The notes under the pieces: model-generated
What the model saw: the letters and a program-made list of their open reading frames with translations, nothing else
What the model was told of the DNA's origin: nothing
The model's database searches: none
NCBI GenBank assembly: GCA_000092065.1
Contig: CP000590.1
Length of the DNA stretch: 64,000 bases
Strand: one strand, 5' to 3'
Origin: Ostreococcus lucimarinus
Lineage: Eukaryota
In this document: piece after piece, positions 31,228-41,451 of the stretch
How the letters are laid out: every line of letters begins with the position of its first letter
How positions within the stretch are numbered: position 1 is the first letter of the stretch
Translations under genes and position numbers: made by a program

Positions 31228-32534
31228 TTACTCCATCCCTCCCAAGGAAAGATTGAGCAAATAATTTGCCGCGAGTTGTTCGTTCTTGTCGCACGCAAGG
31301 TACGCTTCGACGCAAATTTCTAATGGGAATCCTAATCCGGCGAGACGATCGATCGTTTCGCGCTCTTCTTGAGAGAGCTCGATCTGCGCGCCGTCGTCGT
31401 CGCCTTGCAGTTCCGGAGCAACACCGTCGCCAAAGCCCTCGGCCATGAGATCTCGGATATTTTCTGGCAGCGGCTCATTGAGCAGAGCCAAAAATTCCTC
31501 TTGATTGTTGTTGATCAAGTGGTAGAGTTGCGGATTTTGTCGCTGCAACTCGGCGAGCATCGGCTGAAGAATGTGTGGTTGACCTTGCACCATGGCTCGG
31601 ATCGCTTGAAACTGCGGGTTGTCTCGAAGGAAATCCAACATTTGGCCGTCGCCAGAGCGGTCGCCGGCCATGTCGGGGATTCCCTCCGGGAACAAATTCA
31701 ACGCGTTTCCGCCCAAAGCCGCGGACGCGTCTGGCGCATCGGCCGCGGGCGCCGCCGCGGCCGGCGGCGCCTGCGACGTCTCGGGAATCCCAGTCAGGAG
31801 GTACTCCACCGCTCTATCGGGGTTGTTAAACGCCGCTCGCATAGCATTCATGACTTGCTCTCGCTCGAATCCCATGGTCATGATTTGCGTCACGGCGGCT
31901 TCTAACTCGGCGCCCGAGACGAGCCCCGAATCGCCCCCCGCCGCCGCCGGCACCGCGGTCGCAGCCGCGGGCGTCGGCGCGCTCGACTCTGGCGTCGCCG
32001 CCGCAACCGGTGCCGCCGCTTCCGGGGCCGCCGCCGCGGGCGTCGGCGTCGGCGGCTTCGCCGCCGCCGCCTTGGGCTTCGCCGCCGCCTTCGGCTTTTG
32101 CACCATTACCACAACGAACGATTCTTCCGTCACCCCCGCCGACGCGATCGTCGCCTCATCCTTCAGCACGCTCCCCTTGTGCACCAAAACGATCGCCTCA
32201 TCACCGTAACCCTGCGCTTTGCGCACCTCAGCCTTCACCGTCGCGACGTCGGCGCCTTCGTCCAGCTCCAGATCAAACTTTTGATTCGTCCTGCGTCGCC
32301 CGCGCGCGCGTCGCGCGTCCTCGCCCGTCAGTCATCGCGTTTACGCGCGCATCAACCATCGATTCGCGTCTCGCTTCGCGCGCGCGCGCGTCGCGTCTAA
32401 ACGCGCGCGCGTCAAAACGTCGCCGCAAATCCACCGCGTCCGCGTCCGGTGTCGCGCTCGCCCGCGCGCCGTCGCCCTCGCGTCGCGTCGCGCGCTCGCG
32501 CGAACACTCACAGAGTCTTAAACTGCACCTTCAT
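31228..32534 (-). CDS. RAD23: RAD23 (UBL-UBA1-XPC-binding/STI1-UBA2) as two exons: exon 1 32512..32534 ([31 protein letters not shown], phase 2), a 221-nt intron 32291..32511 (donor GTGAGT, branch ACTGAC, acceptor CAG), and exon 2 31228..32290.
   Basis: Exon 2 opens ..[22 protein letters not shown].. (rest of UBL), followed by UBA ([47 protein letters not shown]), an STI1-like region and C-terminal UBA ([35 protein letters not shown]). The spliced length is 1086 nt (361 aa), in frame. The ORF track starts at a GTG (32238) with no in-frame ATG. Confidence 0.85.
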
Positions 32535-32636
32535 CGCGCGTGGGCGTCGCCGCGCGCGCGTCGGCGTCGCTTTGTGCCGCGCCGCCGTCGGGATGGATTC
32601 GCGACTTCGCGACGCCGCTCGCGTCGCGCGCGCGCC

Positions 32637-34181
32637 ATGACGACCGGCGCCGACGCCGACGCGCGTCGCACGTACGACGAGGAGCGCGCGTACGTCAGCG
32701 CGGTGTCGCCGACGAAGCTCGTCGTCGCGAAAGGTTTCGTGCCGAACATGCGCGTGCCGGGAGAAATTTACGTCAACGAACGCCTGCGCGAGCTCGTCCT
32801 GGACGAACTGCGCGCGTACTGCGACGAAGATCGACGCGGGGGAGGGTACTCGCCCGCGGTGAAACAGATCGCGAACGTGGCGGCGCTGCCGGGGGTGGTG
32901 AGGGCGTCCATCGCGCTGCCGGACGTGCACAGCGGGTACGGGTTCGCGATTGGAAACGTGGCGGCGTTCGATTGCGGGGACGACGACGCGATCGTGTCGC
33001 CGGGAGGGGTGGGGTTCGATATAAATTGTGGCGTGCGGTTGCTGCGAACGAATCTGACGGAGGCGGAGGTGGGACCGGTGAAAGAGGCGCTGGCGCAGTC
33101 GCTGTTCGATCACATACCCGTCGGCGTGGGTTCGCGAGGGATCATTCCGACGTCTCCGGCGGCGCTGGAGGCGGCGTTGGAGATGGGAATGGATTGGAGT
33201 CTGAGGGAAGGGTACGCGTGGGCGGAGGATAAAGAGCACACGGAAGAATACGGGCGTATGTTGAATGCGGATCCGAGTAAAGTGAGCGCGAGGGCGAAGA
33301 AGCGCGGATTGCCGCAGATGGGAACGCTCGGGGCGGGGAATCATTACGCGGAGATTCAGGTCGTGGATGAGATTTACGACGAGTTCGCGGCGAAGAAGAT
33401 GGGAATCGATCGCGTTGGGCAGATTTGTATCATGATTCACAGCGGAAGTCGAGGTTTGGGGCATCAGGTGGCGACGGATTCGCTCACGGCGATGGAGCGC
33501 GCGATGGAGCGCGACGGCATCGAAGTAAACGATCGACAGCTCGCGTGCGCAAAGATAAGCAGCCAAGAAGGGCAAGATTATCTCGCCGCGATGGCGTGTG
33601 CGGCCAACTACGCGTGGGTGAATCGATCGAGCATGACATTTTTGTGCAGACAAGCGTTCGCGAAGATGTTCGGCAAGCCGCCAGACGAGCTCGACATGCA
33701 CGTCGTGTACGACGTGTCGCACAACATCGCCAAATTCGAGGAGCACATAGTGGATGGAGAGATGAAGACGCTGCTCGTGCACCGCAAAGGGAGCACGCGC
33801 GCGTTCCCACCCCATCACCCGCTCATCCCCGTCGATTACCAGTACACCGGTCAGCCGGTTTTAATCGGCGGCACGATGGGGACGTGCTCGTACATCCTCA
33901 CCGGCACCGAAAAGGGCATGCGAGACACGTTCGGATCGACGTGCCACGGCGCCGGTCGCGCGCGAAGCCGCAACAAGTCCAGACACGTCTTACAGTACGA
34001 AGACGTGCTCGCCAAGCTCAAGACCAAGGGCATCGCGATTCGCGTCGCTTCGCCGAAACTCGTCATGGAGGAGGCGCCCGAATCGTACAAGGACGTCACC
34101 GAAGTCGTCAACACGTGTCACGACGCCGGCATCTCCAAGAAATGCGTCAAGCTGCGCCCCATCGCCGTCGTCAAGGGTTAG
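32637..34181 (+). CDS. RTCB: RNA-splicing ligase RtcB (tRNA ligase HSPC117 homologue).
   Basis: Near end-to-end similarity to RtcB: [79 protein letters not shown] at 32637. The upstream part of ORF 32010.. is junk. Confidence 0.95.
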   Translation: MTTGADADARRTYDEERAYVSAVSPTKLVVAKGFVPNMRVPGEIYVNERLRELVLDELRAYCDEDRRGGGYSPAVKQIANVAALPGVVRASIALPDVHSGYGFAIGNVAAFDCGDDDAIVSPGGVGFDINCGVRLLRTNLTEAEVGPVKEALAQSLFDHIPVGVGSRGIIPTSPAALEAALEMGMDWSLREGYAWAEDKEHTEEYGRMLNADPSKVSARAKKRGLPQMGTLGAGNHYAEIQVVDEIYDEFAAKKMGIDRVGQICIMIHSGSRGLGHQVATDSLTAMERAMERDGIEVNDRQLACAKISSQEGQDYLAAMACAANYAWVNRSSMTFLCRQAFAKMFGKPPDELDMHVVYDVSHNIAKFEEHIVDGEMKTLLVHRKGSTRAFPPHHPLIPVDYQYTGQPVLIGGTMGTCSYILTGTEKGMRDTFGSTCHGAGRARSRNKSRHVLQYEDVLAKLKTKGIAIRVASPKLVMEEAPESYKDVTEVVNTCHDAGISKKCVKLRPIAVVKG

Positions 34182-35624
34182 ACAATCACCATCACTAGCG
34201 ACATAGCCCCCGAATATCGACGTAGTCACCGCGAGTCCAATCGCGCCACCGTCTCCGCGCACATCCGCAGCGCGTCCGTCGCGCTCACCGCCGCGCCCTC
34301 CGCGCGCCGTCCTCCCATCACTCGCGTCTCGACGATCCCTCCCGCGCGATCGACGTCCCATCCCGCCCGCGCCGCGTCGTCGCTCGCCGTCGCCGCGTTC
34401 GTCGCCGTCCGCCTCCCCAGCGTCGCCGCCTCCATTCGCGCGTACGCCCGTCCCGCGCCCTCGATCGCGCGCGCCCGCGTCGCGACGAGCGCCTCCTCCG
34501 CCGCCCGCGCCGTCGCGCGCGAGCGCCACGTCGCGTCCCGCAGCGTCGTCGTCGCGCGCGCGTCGTCCGACGTCCACAGCGCGGCGATCGCCTCGCGCGT
34601 CGCGCGCGCGTCCTCGTCGTCCGCGTCGCTCGACGCGCGCTCGATCGCGAACCGCGCGAGCTCGAGGTCGTCGCGCGCGACCGCGCGCAGCGCGCGCGCG
34701 ACCGCGCCGTCGCCGTCGCCGTCGCCGTCGCGCGTCATCGTCGTAACGACCCGGCGTCGACGAGTGGCGCGCGCGACGCAGAGCGACGCGCGATGCGCGC
34801 GGTCGCGACGGCGCGCGCGACGCGTTCGCCGCGCGCGGTCGTCGCGTCGCGACGCGCGCGCGCGCGCGCGACGCGCGACGACGACGACGCGACGACGACG
34901 CGCGCGCGATTCGCGCGAACGGCGCTCGCGACGAGCGCGCTGATGACGATGGGCGCGCGCGCGGCGCGCGCGGCGAGCGCGAACGACGCCGTGCTCGCGG
35001 CGCTCGCGCGACGCGACGCGACGGCGCCGGACGGCGCGACGGCGCGGCGACTGCGCGGCGACGTCGACGAGGCGACGCGCGCGAGGACGCTCGCGCTCGC
35101 GGGGTGCGTCGCGACGCGCGACGCGACGACGCGATGACGCGCGCGACGACGCGATGACGCGAGACGCGAACGATGGGACGACGGCGACGCGCGCGGGACT
35201 GACGACGCGCGCGGGGCGACGATAGGGACGTCGACGGCGCGCGACGCGCGCTGCGAGGCGAAAATCTATCGAAACTCCGCGCCGACGCGACGACGGTGAC
35301 GAGACTCGCGAGCGAGGACGGCATGCGCGCGTCTAGGAACGGATTGACGCTCAGGGACGTGACGCTGGCGCTGGACGCGTTCGACGACGCGCTTCGAGCG
35401 GAGGGCTTGGGCGCGAAGTCGGCGTCGAGCGACGACGTGCGGCGAACGGCGGACGATTTGATTCGCACGCTCGAGCGTCTATCCGGGACGTCGGATCGAC
35501 GCGGCGGTTGATTTGTTTTGAGATTTATTCCTTTCGCGCGCGATTCGACGCCGAGCGACGCCGAGCGATTCCGAGCGATTCCGAGCGTCGTCTCGTCCCG
35601 CACACCGCCGCTCGCGAACCGACG

Positions 35625-36554
35625 ATGCTCGCGCGCGCCCCCGTCGCGCCGATCGCGCGCGCTCGACCTCCCGCGCCGCGCGCCCGCGCGCCCGTCGCTC
35701 GCGCCGCGCCGTCCGACGCGTCCGCGGTCGTCGCGTCGCGTCGCGTCGCGCTCGCGCTCCCGCTCGCGCTCGCCGCGCTCGACCGCTCGACCGCGCGCGC
35801 GGCGGACGCGCCGCGCGTCCTCGTCGTCGGCGCCACGGGCCAGACCGGCGCGCTCGTCGTCCGCGAGCTGTCGCGCGCGGGCAGGGCGCGCGCGATCGTC
35901 GCCGGCGCGCGATCGGCGGCGAAGGCGACGAAGCTCGGCTTGGACGCGCTGCCGGGGGTGGAGATTCTCGACGGCGTCGACGTCACGCGCGGCGTCGACG
36001 CGCTGGCGCTCGCGTTCGAGGGCTTCGACGTCGTCGTCGTCGCCACGGGATTCGTGCCGGGAAATCCGCTGAAGATGAACGCGGCGGCGCGCGCGGTGGA
36101 TAACGAGGGCGTGTGCGCGGTGGCGGACGCGGCGAAGCGAGCGAACGTCAAGCGCGTCGTGCTGATATCGTCCATCCTGACGAACGGACCGGGATTCGGG
36201 GCGCAGGATACCGCTGGATACAAGATCACGAACGCGTTCGGAAGGGTGCTCGAAGAAAAGCTCGTGGGGGAGAATCACCTGCGCGCGAGCGGCGTGCCGT
36301 GGACCATCGTTCGACCGGCTGGGTTGAAGACGGACGCGCCGAAAAATCCGCTCGTCGTCACCGGGGAAGACGTGATGACGAGCGGTGAGATCAGCCGCGA
36401 GCTCGTCGCGCGCGTGATGGTGGAGGCGGCGTTCGACGCGCGCGCGGAGGGTAAAGTTTACGAAATCGCGGAGAGCGGTTCCTTCGTCGGCGGCGATCCC
36501 GCGGGCGCGAAGACGTTCGCCCTCGATTCCGACCCGGCGTCGTGGTTCGCGTAA
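35625..36554 (+). CDS. NAD(P)-binding Rossmann-fold protein (NmrA-like/atypical SDR), probably plastid-targeted.
   Basis: VLVVGATGQTGALVVRELSRAG dinucleotide-binding motif. The transit-like N-terminus is MLARAPVAPIARARPPAPRARAPVA... The antisense 855-aa ORF 33990..36557 is rejected as a GC artefact. Confidence 0.7.
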   Translation: MLARAPVAPIARARPPAPRARAPVARAAPSDASAVVASRRVALALPLALAALDRSTARAADAPRVLVVGATGQTGALVVRELSRAGRARAIVAGARSAAKATKLGLDALPGVEILDGVDVTRGVDALALAFEGFDVVVVATGFVPGNPLKMNAAARAVDNEGVCAVADAAKRANVKRVVLISSILTNGPGFGAQDTAGYKITNAFGRVLEEKLVGENHLRASGVPWTIVRPAGLKTDAPKNPLVVTGEDVMTSGEISRELVARVMVEAAFDARAEGKVYEIAESGSFVGGDPAGAKTFALDSDPASWFA

Positions 36555-36629
36555 CATTTTCTATTCCGACCCGGCGTCGTGGTTCGCGTAACATTTTCTA
36601 TTCCGACCCGGCGTCGTGGTTCGCGTAAT
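36526..36629. repeat. 37-bp tandem repeat x2.8 (attccgacccggcgtcgtggttcgcgtaacattttct). The first copy encodes the last 6 codons plus the stop of the NmrA-like gene, and copies 2-3 lie in the 3' UTR.
   Basis: Seen directly: the units at 36526-36562 and 36563-36599 are identical, and the third is a partial diverged copy. Confidence 0.9.
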
Positions 36630-36869
36630 AATATTTTTGTAATTTCTTCGCCGTGAATCCGCGCGCTCGCGCGCCGCGCGTCGATCGTCGTTCGCGTCTC
36701 TCGCGCGCGGCGTCCTCTCGCGTTCGACGCAACCGCAACCGTTCGCCTCACTTCGCGGCACGCGCGCGCGCGACGCGCGACCGAGCGCGCGCGAGAGCGA
36801 GAGACTTTCGAACGCGTCGCGCGCGACGGCATCGCACCGCTCGACGCGCGCGCGCTGAATCGAACGAAA

Positions 36870-39020
36870 ATGACGGACGAAACGAAGCGGAATCCCCCGC
36901 CGTCGTTGGAAGATTTGGCAAAGAAACGCCGCGAAGACGCGAGCGCGGTGATGAAACCGACGTTCCTGAGCAAAGAAGAGCGTGCGAAGGCGGCGATCGC
37001 GCGTCGCGAGGCGGAAGTCGCGGCGCAGAGGACGCGGGCGGAGGAAGGTCGAAAGGCGGCGCCGCCGCCGCCGCCGCCGTCGACGAGCGGGACGCGGCGG
37101 AACGCGCCGACGTCTCGATTCGCGCCTCGATACGGCGGGGGTGGTCGCGGACGCGATGATCGGCGGCGAGGTGGAGGTAGGGGCGATCGTGACGATCGAG
37201 ATCGAGGTGGGAGACGAGATGAGCAAGACGAGCGCGAACGCGAGCTCGAGATGCTCAAGCGACAATACATGGGCGGAGACGCGAAGTCGAAAAAGGTGAA
37301 GACAGCAAATAGAGGAAAGTTTGTGTTCGATTGGCGGAAAGAGGAAGACACGTCGAGAGATTTGAATCCACTGTACGATCGGCCGCACGAAGTGGCGCCG
37401 ATGTTCGGTCGAGGGATGATCGGGGGCGTGGATCGAAGGGAGCAGGCGCGCTCGAACGCCGAGCGCGAGCGCGAACTCATCGTCAAGTCGAGGAAGGATC
37501 TCGGATCGAAGGACGCGGCGGGTGATGTGCGAAAGATGGAAGTTGAGCGCGAGCGTAAACGTAAGGATGTCGAGGCGCGCGAGTTGAAACGAACTTTCAA
37601 GGAGCACTGGAGTGATAAAAAGTTGGAAGACATGACAGAGCGCGATTGGCGCATTTTTCGAGAAGACTTTAACATTTCGTACAAAGGCGGCAAGTTACCG
37701 CTTCCCATGCGCGCGTGGAAAGAGTGCACGAGCTTGCCACAAGAGATATTGCGCGCTATCGCGCAGGTTGGGTACGAAAAGCCGTCGCCGATTCAAATGG
37801 CTAGCATTCCGATCGGTTTGCTGAAGAGAGACGTCATCGGCATCGCCGAGACGGGTTCGGGTAAGACGTGCGCGTTCGTCGTCCCCATGCTCGCGCACAT
37901 CATGCAGCTTCCGAAAATGACGGACGAAATTGCCGCGCACGGGCCGTACGCCCTGATCATGGCCCCTACGCGCGAGTTGGCGCAACAGATTGAGGAAGAG
38001 ACTCTCAAGTTTGCGCAGTATTTGGACTATCGCGTCGGCTTGGTCGTCGGCGGTCAATCGATCGAAGACCAAGGTTTTAAACTTCGCAAAGGGGTGGAGA
38101 TATTAGTCGGTACGCCCGGTCGTATCATAGATGTCATTGAGCGCCGATACACCGTGCTCAGTCAGTGCAACTACATCGTGCTCGACGAAGCCGATCGCAT
38201 GATCGACATGGGTTTCGAACCGCAAGTCGTGGCGGTGATGGAGGCGATGGGATCGGGTAACTTGAAACCCGAGGACGAGGCGGAAGAGCTCGACGGCCAG
38301 GCGCTCGAGCAAGGTGGGCCGACGTCGTCAAAGTACCGAACGACGTACATGTTTTCCGCCACCATGCCTCCGAGCGTGGAGCGTCTGGCGAGAAGTTATT
38401 TGCGCAATCCCGCGGTGGTCACCATCGGCAGCGCCGGGAAGACGTCCGATTTGATCAAGCAAGAGATTATTTGGGTGTCGAGAAACGAGCGCGACTCCAA
38501 ATTTGAGCTCGTGTTATCGCGACATCCCAACACGCAAGCCATCGTGTTCGTGAACGCCAAACGCTCGGTGGACGCCGTGGCGAATCTGTGCTACCGTCTC
38601 GGGTACTCGTGCGCGTCCATACACGGCGGCAAATCGCAAGACCAACGCGAGGAGTCTTTGCGCGGGTTCAAGGCTGGGGATTACGACATCTTGGTCGCCA
38701 CCGATGTCGCCGGTCGCGGGATCGACGTCAAGGGCATCGATCTCGTCGTCAATTACGAGTTGCCGCACACGATTGAAAATTACACCCATCGCATCGGGCG
38801 CACCGGTCGCGCCGGTCGCAAGGGCACCGCCGTGAGCTTCCTCACGAGCGACGATCGCGACATCATGTACGAGCTCAAAGAACTTCTCATCGAGAGCAAG
38901 AACCACGTCCCAGATGCGCTGGCAAACCACGAAGCGGCGCGCGTAAAGCCTCAGCGCGACGACAGAGGCAGACGCATGAACCGCGAAGACATTCGAGGGC
39001 AAGAAGCCATCATCTACTGA
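36870..39020 (+). CDS. DDX23: DEAD-box RNA helicase DDX23/Prp28 (U5 snRNP 100 kDa) with an RS/RD-rich N-terminus.
   Basis: N-terminal RDDRRRGGGRGDRDDRDRGGRRDEQDE. Q motif GYEKPSPIQ, motif I AETGSGKT, motif II DEAD, motif III SAT, motif VI HRIGRTGRAG. ATG at 36870. Confidence 0.9.
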   Translation: MTDETKRNPPPSLEDLAKKRREDASAVMKPTFLSKEERAKAAIARREAEVAAQRTRAEEGRKAAPPPPPPSTSGTRRNAPTSRFAPRYGGGGRGRDDRRRGGGRGDRDDRDRGGRRDEQDERERELEMLKRQYMGGDAKSKKVKTANRGKFVFDWRKEEDTSRDLNPLYDRPHEVAPMFGRGMIGGVDRREQARSNAERERELIVKSRKDLGSKDAAGDVRKMEVERERKRKDVEARELKRTFKEHWSDKKLEDMTERDWRIFREDFNISYKGGKLPLPMRAWKECTSLPQEILRAIAQVGYEKPSPIQMASIPIGLLKRDVIGIAETGSGKTCAFVVPMLAHIMQLPKMTDEIAAHGPYALIMAPTRELAQQIEEETLKFAQYLDYRVGLVVGGQSIEDQGFKLRKGVEILVGTPGRIIDVIERRYTVLSQCNYIVLDEADRMIDMGFEPQVVAVMEAMGSGNLKPEDEAEELDGQALEQGGPTSSKYRTTYMFSATMPPSVERLARSYLRNPAVVTIGSAGKTSDLIKQEIIWVSRNERDSKFELVLSRHPNTQAIVFVNAKRSVDAVANLCYRLGYSCASIHGGKSQDQREESLRGFKAGDYDILVATDVAGRGIDVKGIDLVVNYELPHTIENYTHRIGRTGRAGRKGTAVSFLTSDDRDIMYELKELLIESKNHVPDALANHEAARVKPQRDDRGRRMNREDIRGQEAIIY

Positions 39021-39064
39021 ACTAATCTAGTTACATTTGATTCACAACAGCTAATGACATCGCT

Positions 39065-39574
39065 CTAACCCGCGGACTCGTCGTCGATCGCCGCCGGCTG
39101 CGACAACCGCGGCCCTCCGCGCGCGTCGCCGTCCCCGTCTTCGCGTCGCAGCTCCCGCCAAATCGGTTTCATGCTTCCGTTGATCCGCTCTTCCCCCTCG
39201 CGCGTTCGTCCCTTCCACGTCAACCGTCCCCACGCCTCTCCCGATCGCCCGCTCGGTCGCGTCTTTATCTTCGTCAGCGTCCAATACGTGTCCGGATACC
39301 AATCCGGTCGCGCCCGCCAGCTGTGCTTCGTGAACGCGCGTCCGATCCCGCGGTCGCCGAGCGCGCTGGAGAGTTCGTACAGGTTCGGGCGCGCGCGCGT
39401 GAGATGCGTGATCGCCGCCTTGGCCGCCTCGCGCGCGGCGCTCGTCATGCCTCGCGACGCCGCCGACTGCCGCGCGCGTCGACGTCGGCGCGCGCCCGCG
39501 TCGGCGCCGAGAAAACCCATAACTTCCCGCGTCGCCGCGTCGTCGGCGAGCCTTGGGCGCGCGATCGCGTACAT
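39065..39574 (-). CDS. Small basic protein, possibly mitochondrial ribosomal protein mL54-like.
   Basis: RARPDWYPDTYWTL resembles the conserved mL54 motif (KPDxEYPxWLW). It is rich in W/K/R and has a plausible presequence. The start is uncertain (MTSAARE or the upstream MGFLGAD). Confidence 0.35.
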   Translation of the reverse strand: MYAIARPRLADDAATREVMGFLGADAGARRRRRARQSAASRGMTSAAREAAKAAITHLTRARPNLYELSSALGDRGIGRAFTKHSWRARPDWYPDTYWTLTKIKTRPSGRSGEAWGRLTWKGRTREGEERINGSMKPIWRELRREDGDGDARGGPRLSQPAAIDDESAG

Positions 39575-39595
39575 TCGTATACGTTAACAGTGAGA

Positions 39596-39706
39596 GGGAT
39601 ATTAGCTCATCTGGTAGAGCGCTCGCTTTGCATACTCAGTGCGCGTCGACGCGAAGACGTCGACCATACGTGTGAGAGGTGCCGGGATCGACGCCTGGAT
39701 ATTCCA
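39596..39706 (+). tRNA. tRNA-Ala (anticodon UGC) with a ~38-nt intron after position 37. It has the G3:U70 alanine identity pair, an A73 discriminator and no encoded CCA.
   Basis: Manual fold: acceptor GGGATAT/ATATTCC (G3:U70), D arm GCTC-ATCTGGTA-GAGC, anticodon stem CTCGC/GTGAG with loop TTTGCAT, intron ..ACTCAGTGCGCGTCGACGCGAAGACGTCGACCATAC.. (internal palindrome), T arm CCGGG-ATCGACG-CCTGG, followed by a T5 run. Confidence 0.75.
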
Positions 39707-39711
39707 TTCCC

Positions 39712-39716
39712 TTTTT
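39712..39716 (+). terminator. Oligo-T run (TTTTT) immediately 3' of the tRNA, a putative Pol III terminator.
   Basis: Sequence ..ATATTCCA TTCC CTTTTT AGCC directly after the discriminator base. Confidence 0.5.
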
Positions 39717-40008
39717 AGCCCATCCGTTTCTCATTTTTTATTTATACCGTCACACTGCTCTTTATATCCGACTGTCCGAATTTTCCCGACCACGCGCTTT
39801 TCGAGGCGGCGGGCCCGACGACCGCTCGGCGCGCGTCGATCGCGCGCGCGTCGCGCCGCCCCGCACACGCCCGCGCGACCGCGTCGCGCGCGACGTCGAC
39901 CCGCGACGACGACCGACGCTCGCTCGACCGCTCGACCGCGCCTCGCGCGTCCGAACGCGCGCGGCGAACGATCGATTCGATCTTTAAAAAGCGCCATCGC
40001 TATCCGAC

Positions 40009-41211
40009 ATGACGTCGGCGTCGATCGCGCGACTTCGACCGACGTCCACGAGCGCGTCGAGGCGCGACGTCGGCGCGAGAGCGCGCCAGGGGACGCGCGC
40101 GAACGGCGCGCGAACGCGCGCGAACGCGCGGACGGCGACGCGAACGATCGGGGACGCGACGGCGGGACGCGGGACGCGAGACGCGCGGATAAGCGCGAGA
40201 CGACGAGACGCGACGACGGCGACGCGCGCGGTCGGGGTGTCGAACTCGGACTCGACGAGCGGGATCGGGGGGGCGGAAACGATCGGGGGAGTGATGTCGT
40301 CGTCGTCGGACGACGGTGACGGGGCGCCGAGCGAGATTTGGGGTGGGCAGAGAAACGCGAGCGAGGCGAAGACGCCGAGACGCAAGGCGAGGACCAAGGC
40401 GGAGCGCGACGCGAGCGCGGAGTCGTACGAGTGGAGCGCGTGGGCGTCGTCGTGTGGAATCATAAGTATCGCCATTACGGCGACGTACTTTAGAATCTTG
40501 CGCGAGGTGGACGTGAACGGAGGGTTATTCCCGGTGGCTGAACTCGTGGCGCAGCTCGCGCTCATCGCCGGCGCCGCCGTCGGGATGGAGTTTTACGCTC
40601 GGTACGCGCACAAGCACTTGTGGCACGCGTCGTGGTGGAGCATGTCGAGCAAGTATCGCAGAGAGTGGAACAAGCCGATCTGGCTCTTACACGAGTCTCA
40701 TCACCTCCCGCGCGAGGGTGCGTACGAGGCGAACGACGTCTTCGCGCTCGTCAACGGCGTCCCGGCGTTCGCGCTGTGCGCGTTCGGCTTCTTCACCCCG
40801 GGCGTGTTCGGTGGCTTGTGCTTCGGCGCTGGTTTGGGAATCACGCTGTACGGTATCGCGTACATGTACGTCCACGACGGCTTGGTGCACAAGCGCTTTC
40901 CCACCGGCCCGCTCGGCAAGCTTCCTTTGCTGCGAAAAATCGCCGCCGGGCACACGATTCACCACACCGAGGCGTTCGAGGGCGTTCCTTGGGGACTTTT
41001 TCTCGGTATTCAAGAGCTCGAAGCCGTTCCGGGCGGCTTGGATGAACTCAACAAAGTCGTCGCCGCCGCTGAGCGCAAAGAGCAGCGCGACGAACGAGAC
41101 AATCGTGCGAGCGTCGGTCTCGTCACGCAAGGGACGCACATTCCCTCCCAGAAGGAGGCGCCGGCGTGCGTTCTCCCCGACGTCGCGGACAAAGGCGCCG
41201 GTCCGCGATAG
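40009..41211 (+). CDS. CHYB: Non-heme di-iron beta-carotene hydroxylase (CrtZ/CHYB type), plastid-targeted.
   Basis: His boxes HESHH, HDGLVH and HTIHH within 4 TM segments. Long Ser/Thr/Arg-rich N-terminal extension. Coordinates are from the ORF track. Confidence 0.85.
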   Translation: MTSASIARLRPTSTSASRRDVGARARQGTRANGARTRANARTATRTIGDATAGRGTRDARISARRRDATTATRAVGVSNSDSTSGIGGAETIGGVMSSSSDDGDGAPSEIWGGQRNASEAKTPRRKARTKAERDASAESYEWSAWASSCGIISIAITATYFRILREVDVNGGLFPVAELVAQLALIAGAAVGMEFYARYAHKHLWHASWWSMSSKYRREWNKPIWLLHESHHLPREGAYEANDVFALVNGVPAFALCAFGFFTPGVFGGLCFGAGLGITLYGIAYMYVHDGLVHKRFPTGPLGKLPLLRKIAAGHTIHHTEAFEGVPWGLFLGIQELEAVPGGLDELNKVVAAAERKEQRDERDNRASVGLVTQGTHIPSQKEAPACVLPDVADKGAGPR

Positions 41212-41451
41212 AGCCGCATCGCGCGCGCAGACAGCAATCAATTATTCTTTTGTAACAAACGACGGAACATTTTCGCACCGAACGATCGCCCGATCGCGTC
41301 GCGTCGTCGCCGACGCGCCGTCCTCGTCGGCGACGCGCGAGGTTTTGGTTTTCTGGACGGCGTCGCCGCACTCCCACGCGCGCCGTCGGTGCTCGCGCCC
41401 GCGACGCCCGCGACCCGTCGACCACCGCTCATTCGTCCCGCCGCGCTCGAA

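Noticed and set aside
33990-36557. 855-aa minus-strand ORF, Arg/Ala/Asp-rich, antisense to the NmrA-like gene
   Set aside because: Compositional artefact of ~70% GC. It is poly-Arg low complexity, has no domain, and overlaps a well-supported sense gene.
39961-40012. Apparent 1-nt discrepancy between the displayed sequence and ORF-track frames (also near 54.05 kb and 56.5 kb)
   Set aside because: Probably a reading or indexing slip rather than biology. I handled it by quoting track coordinates where available and flagging +/-2 nt uncertainty elsewhere.
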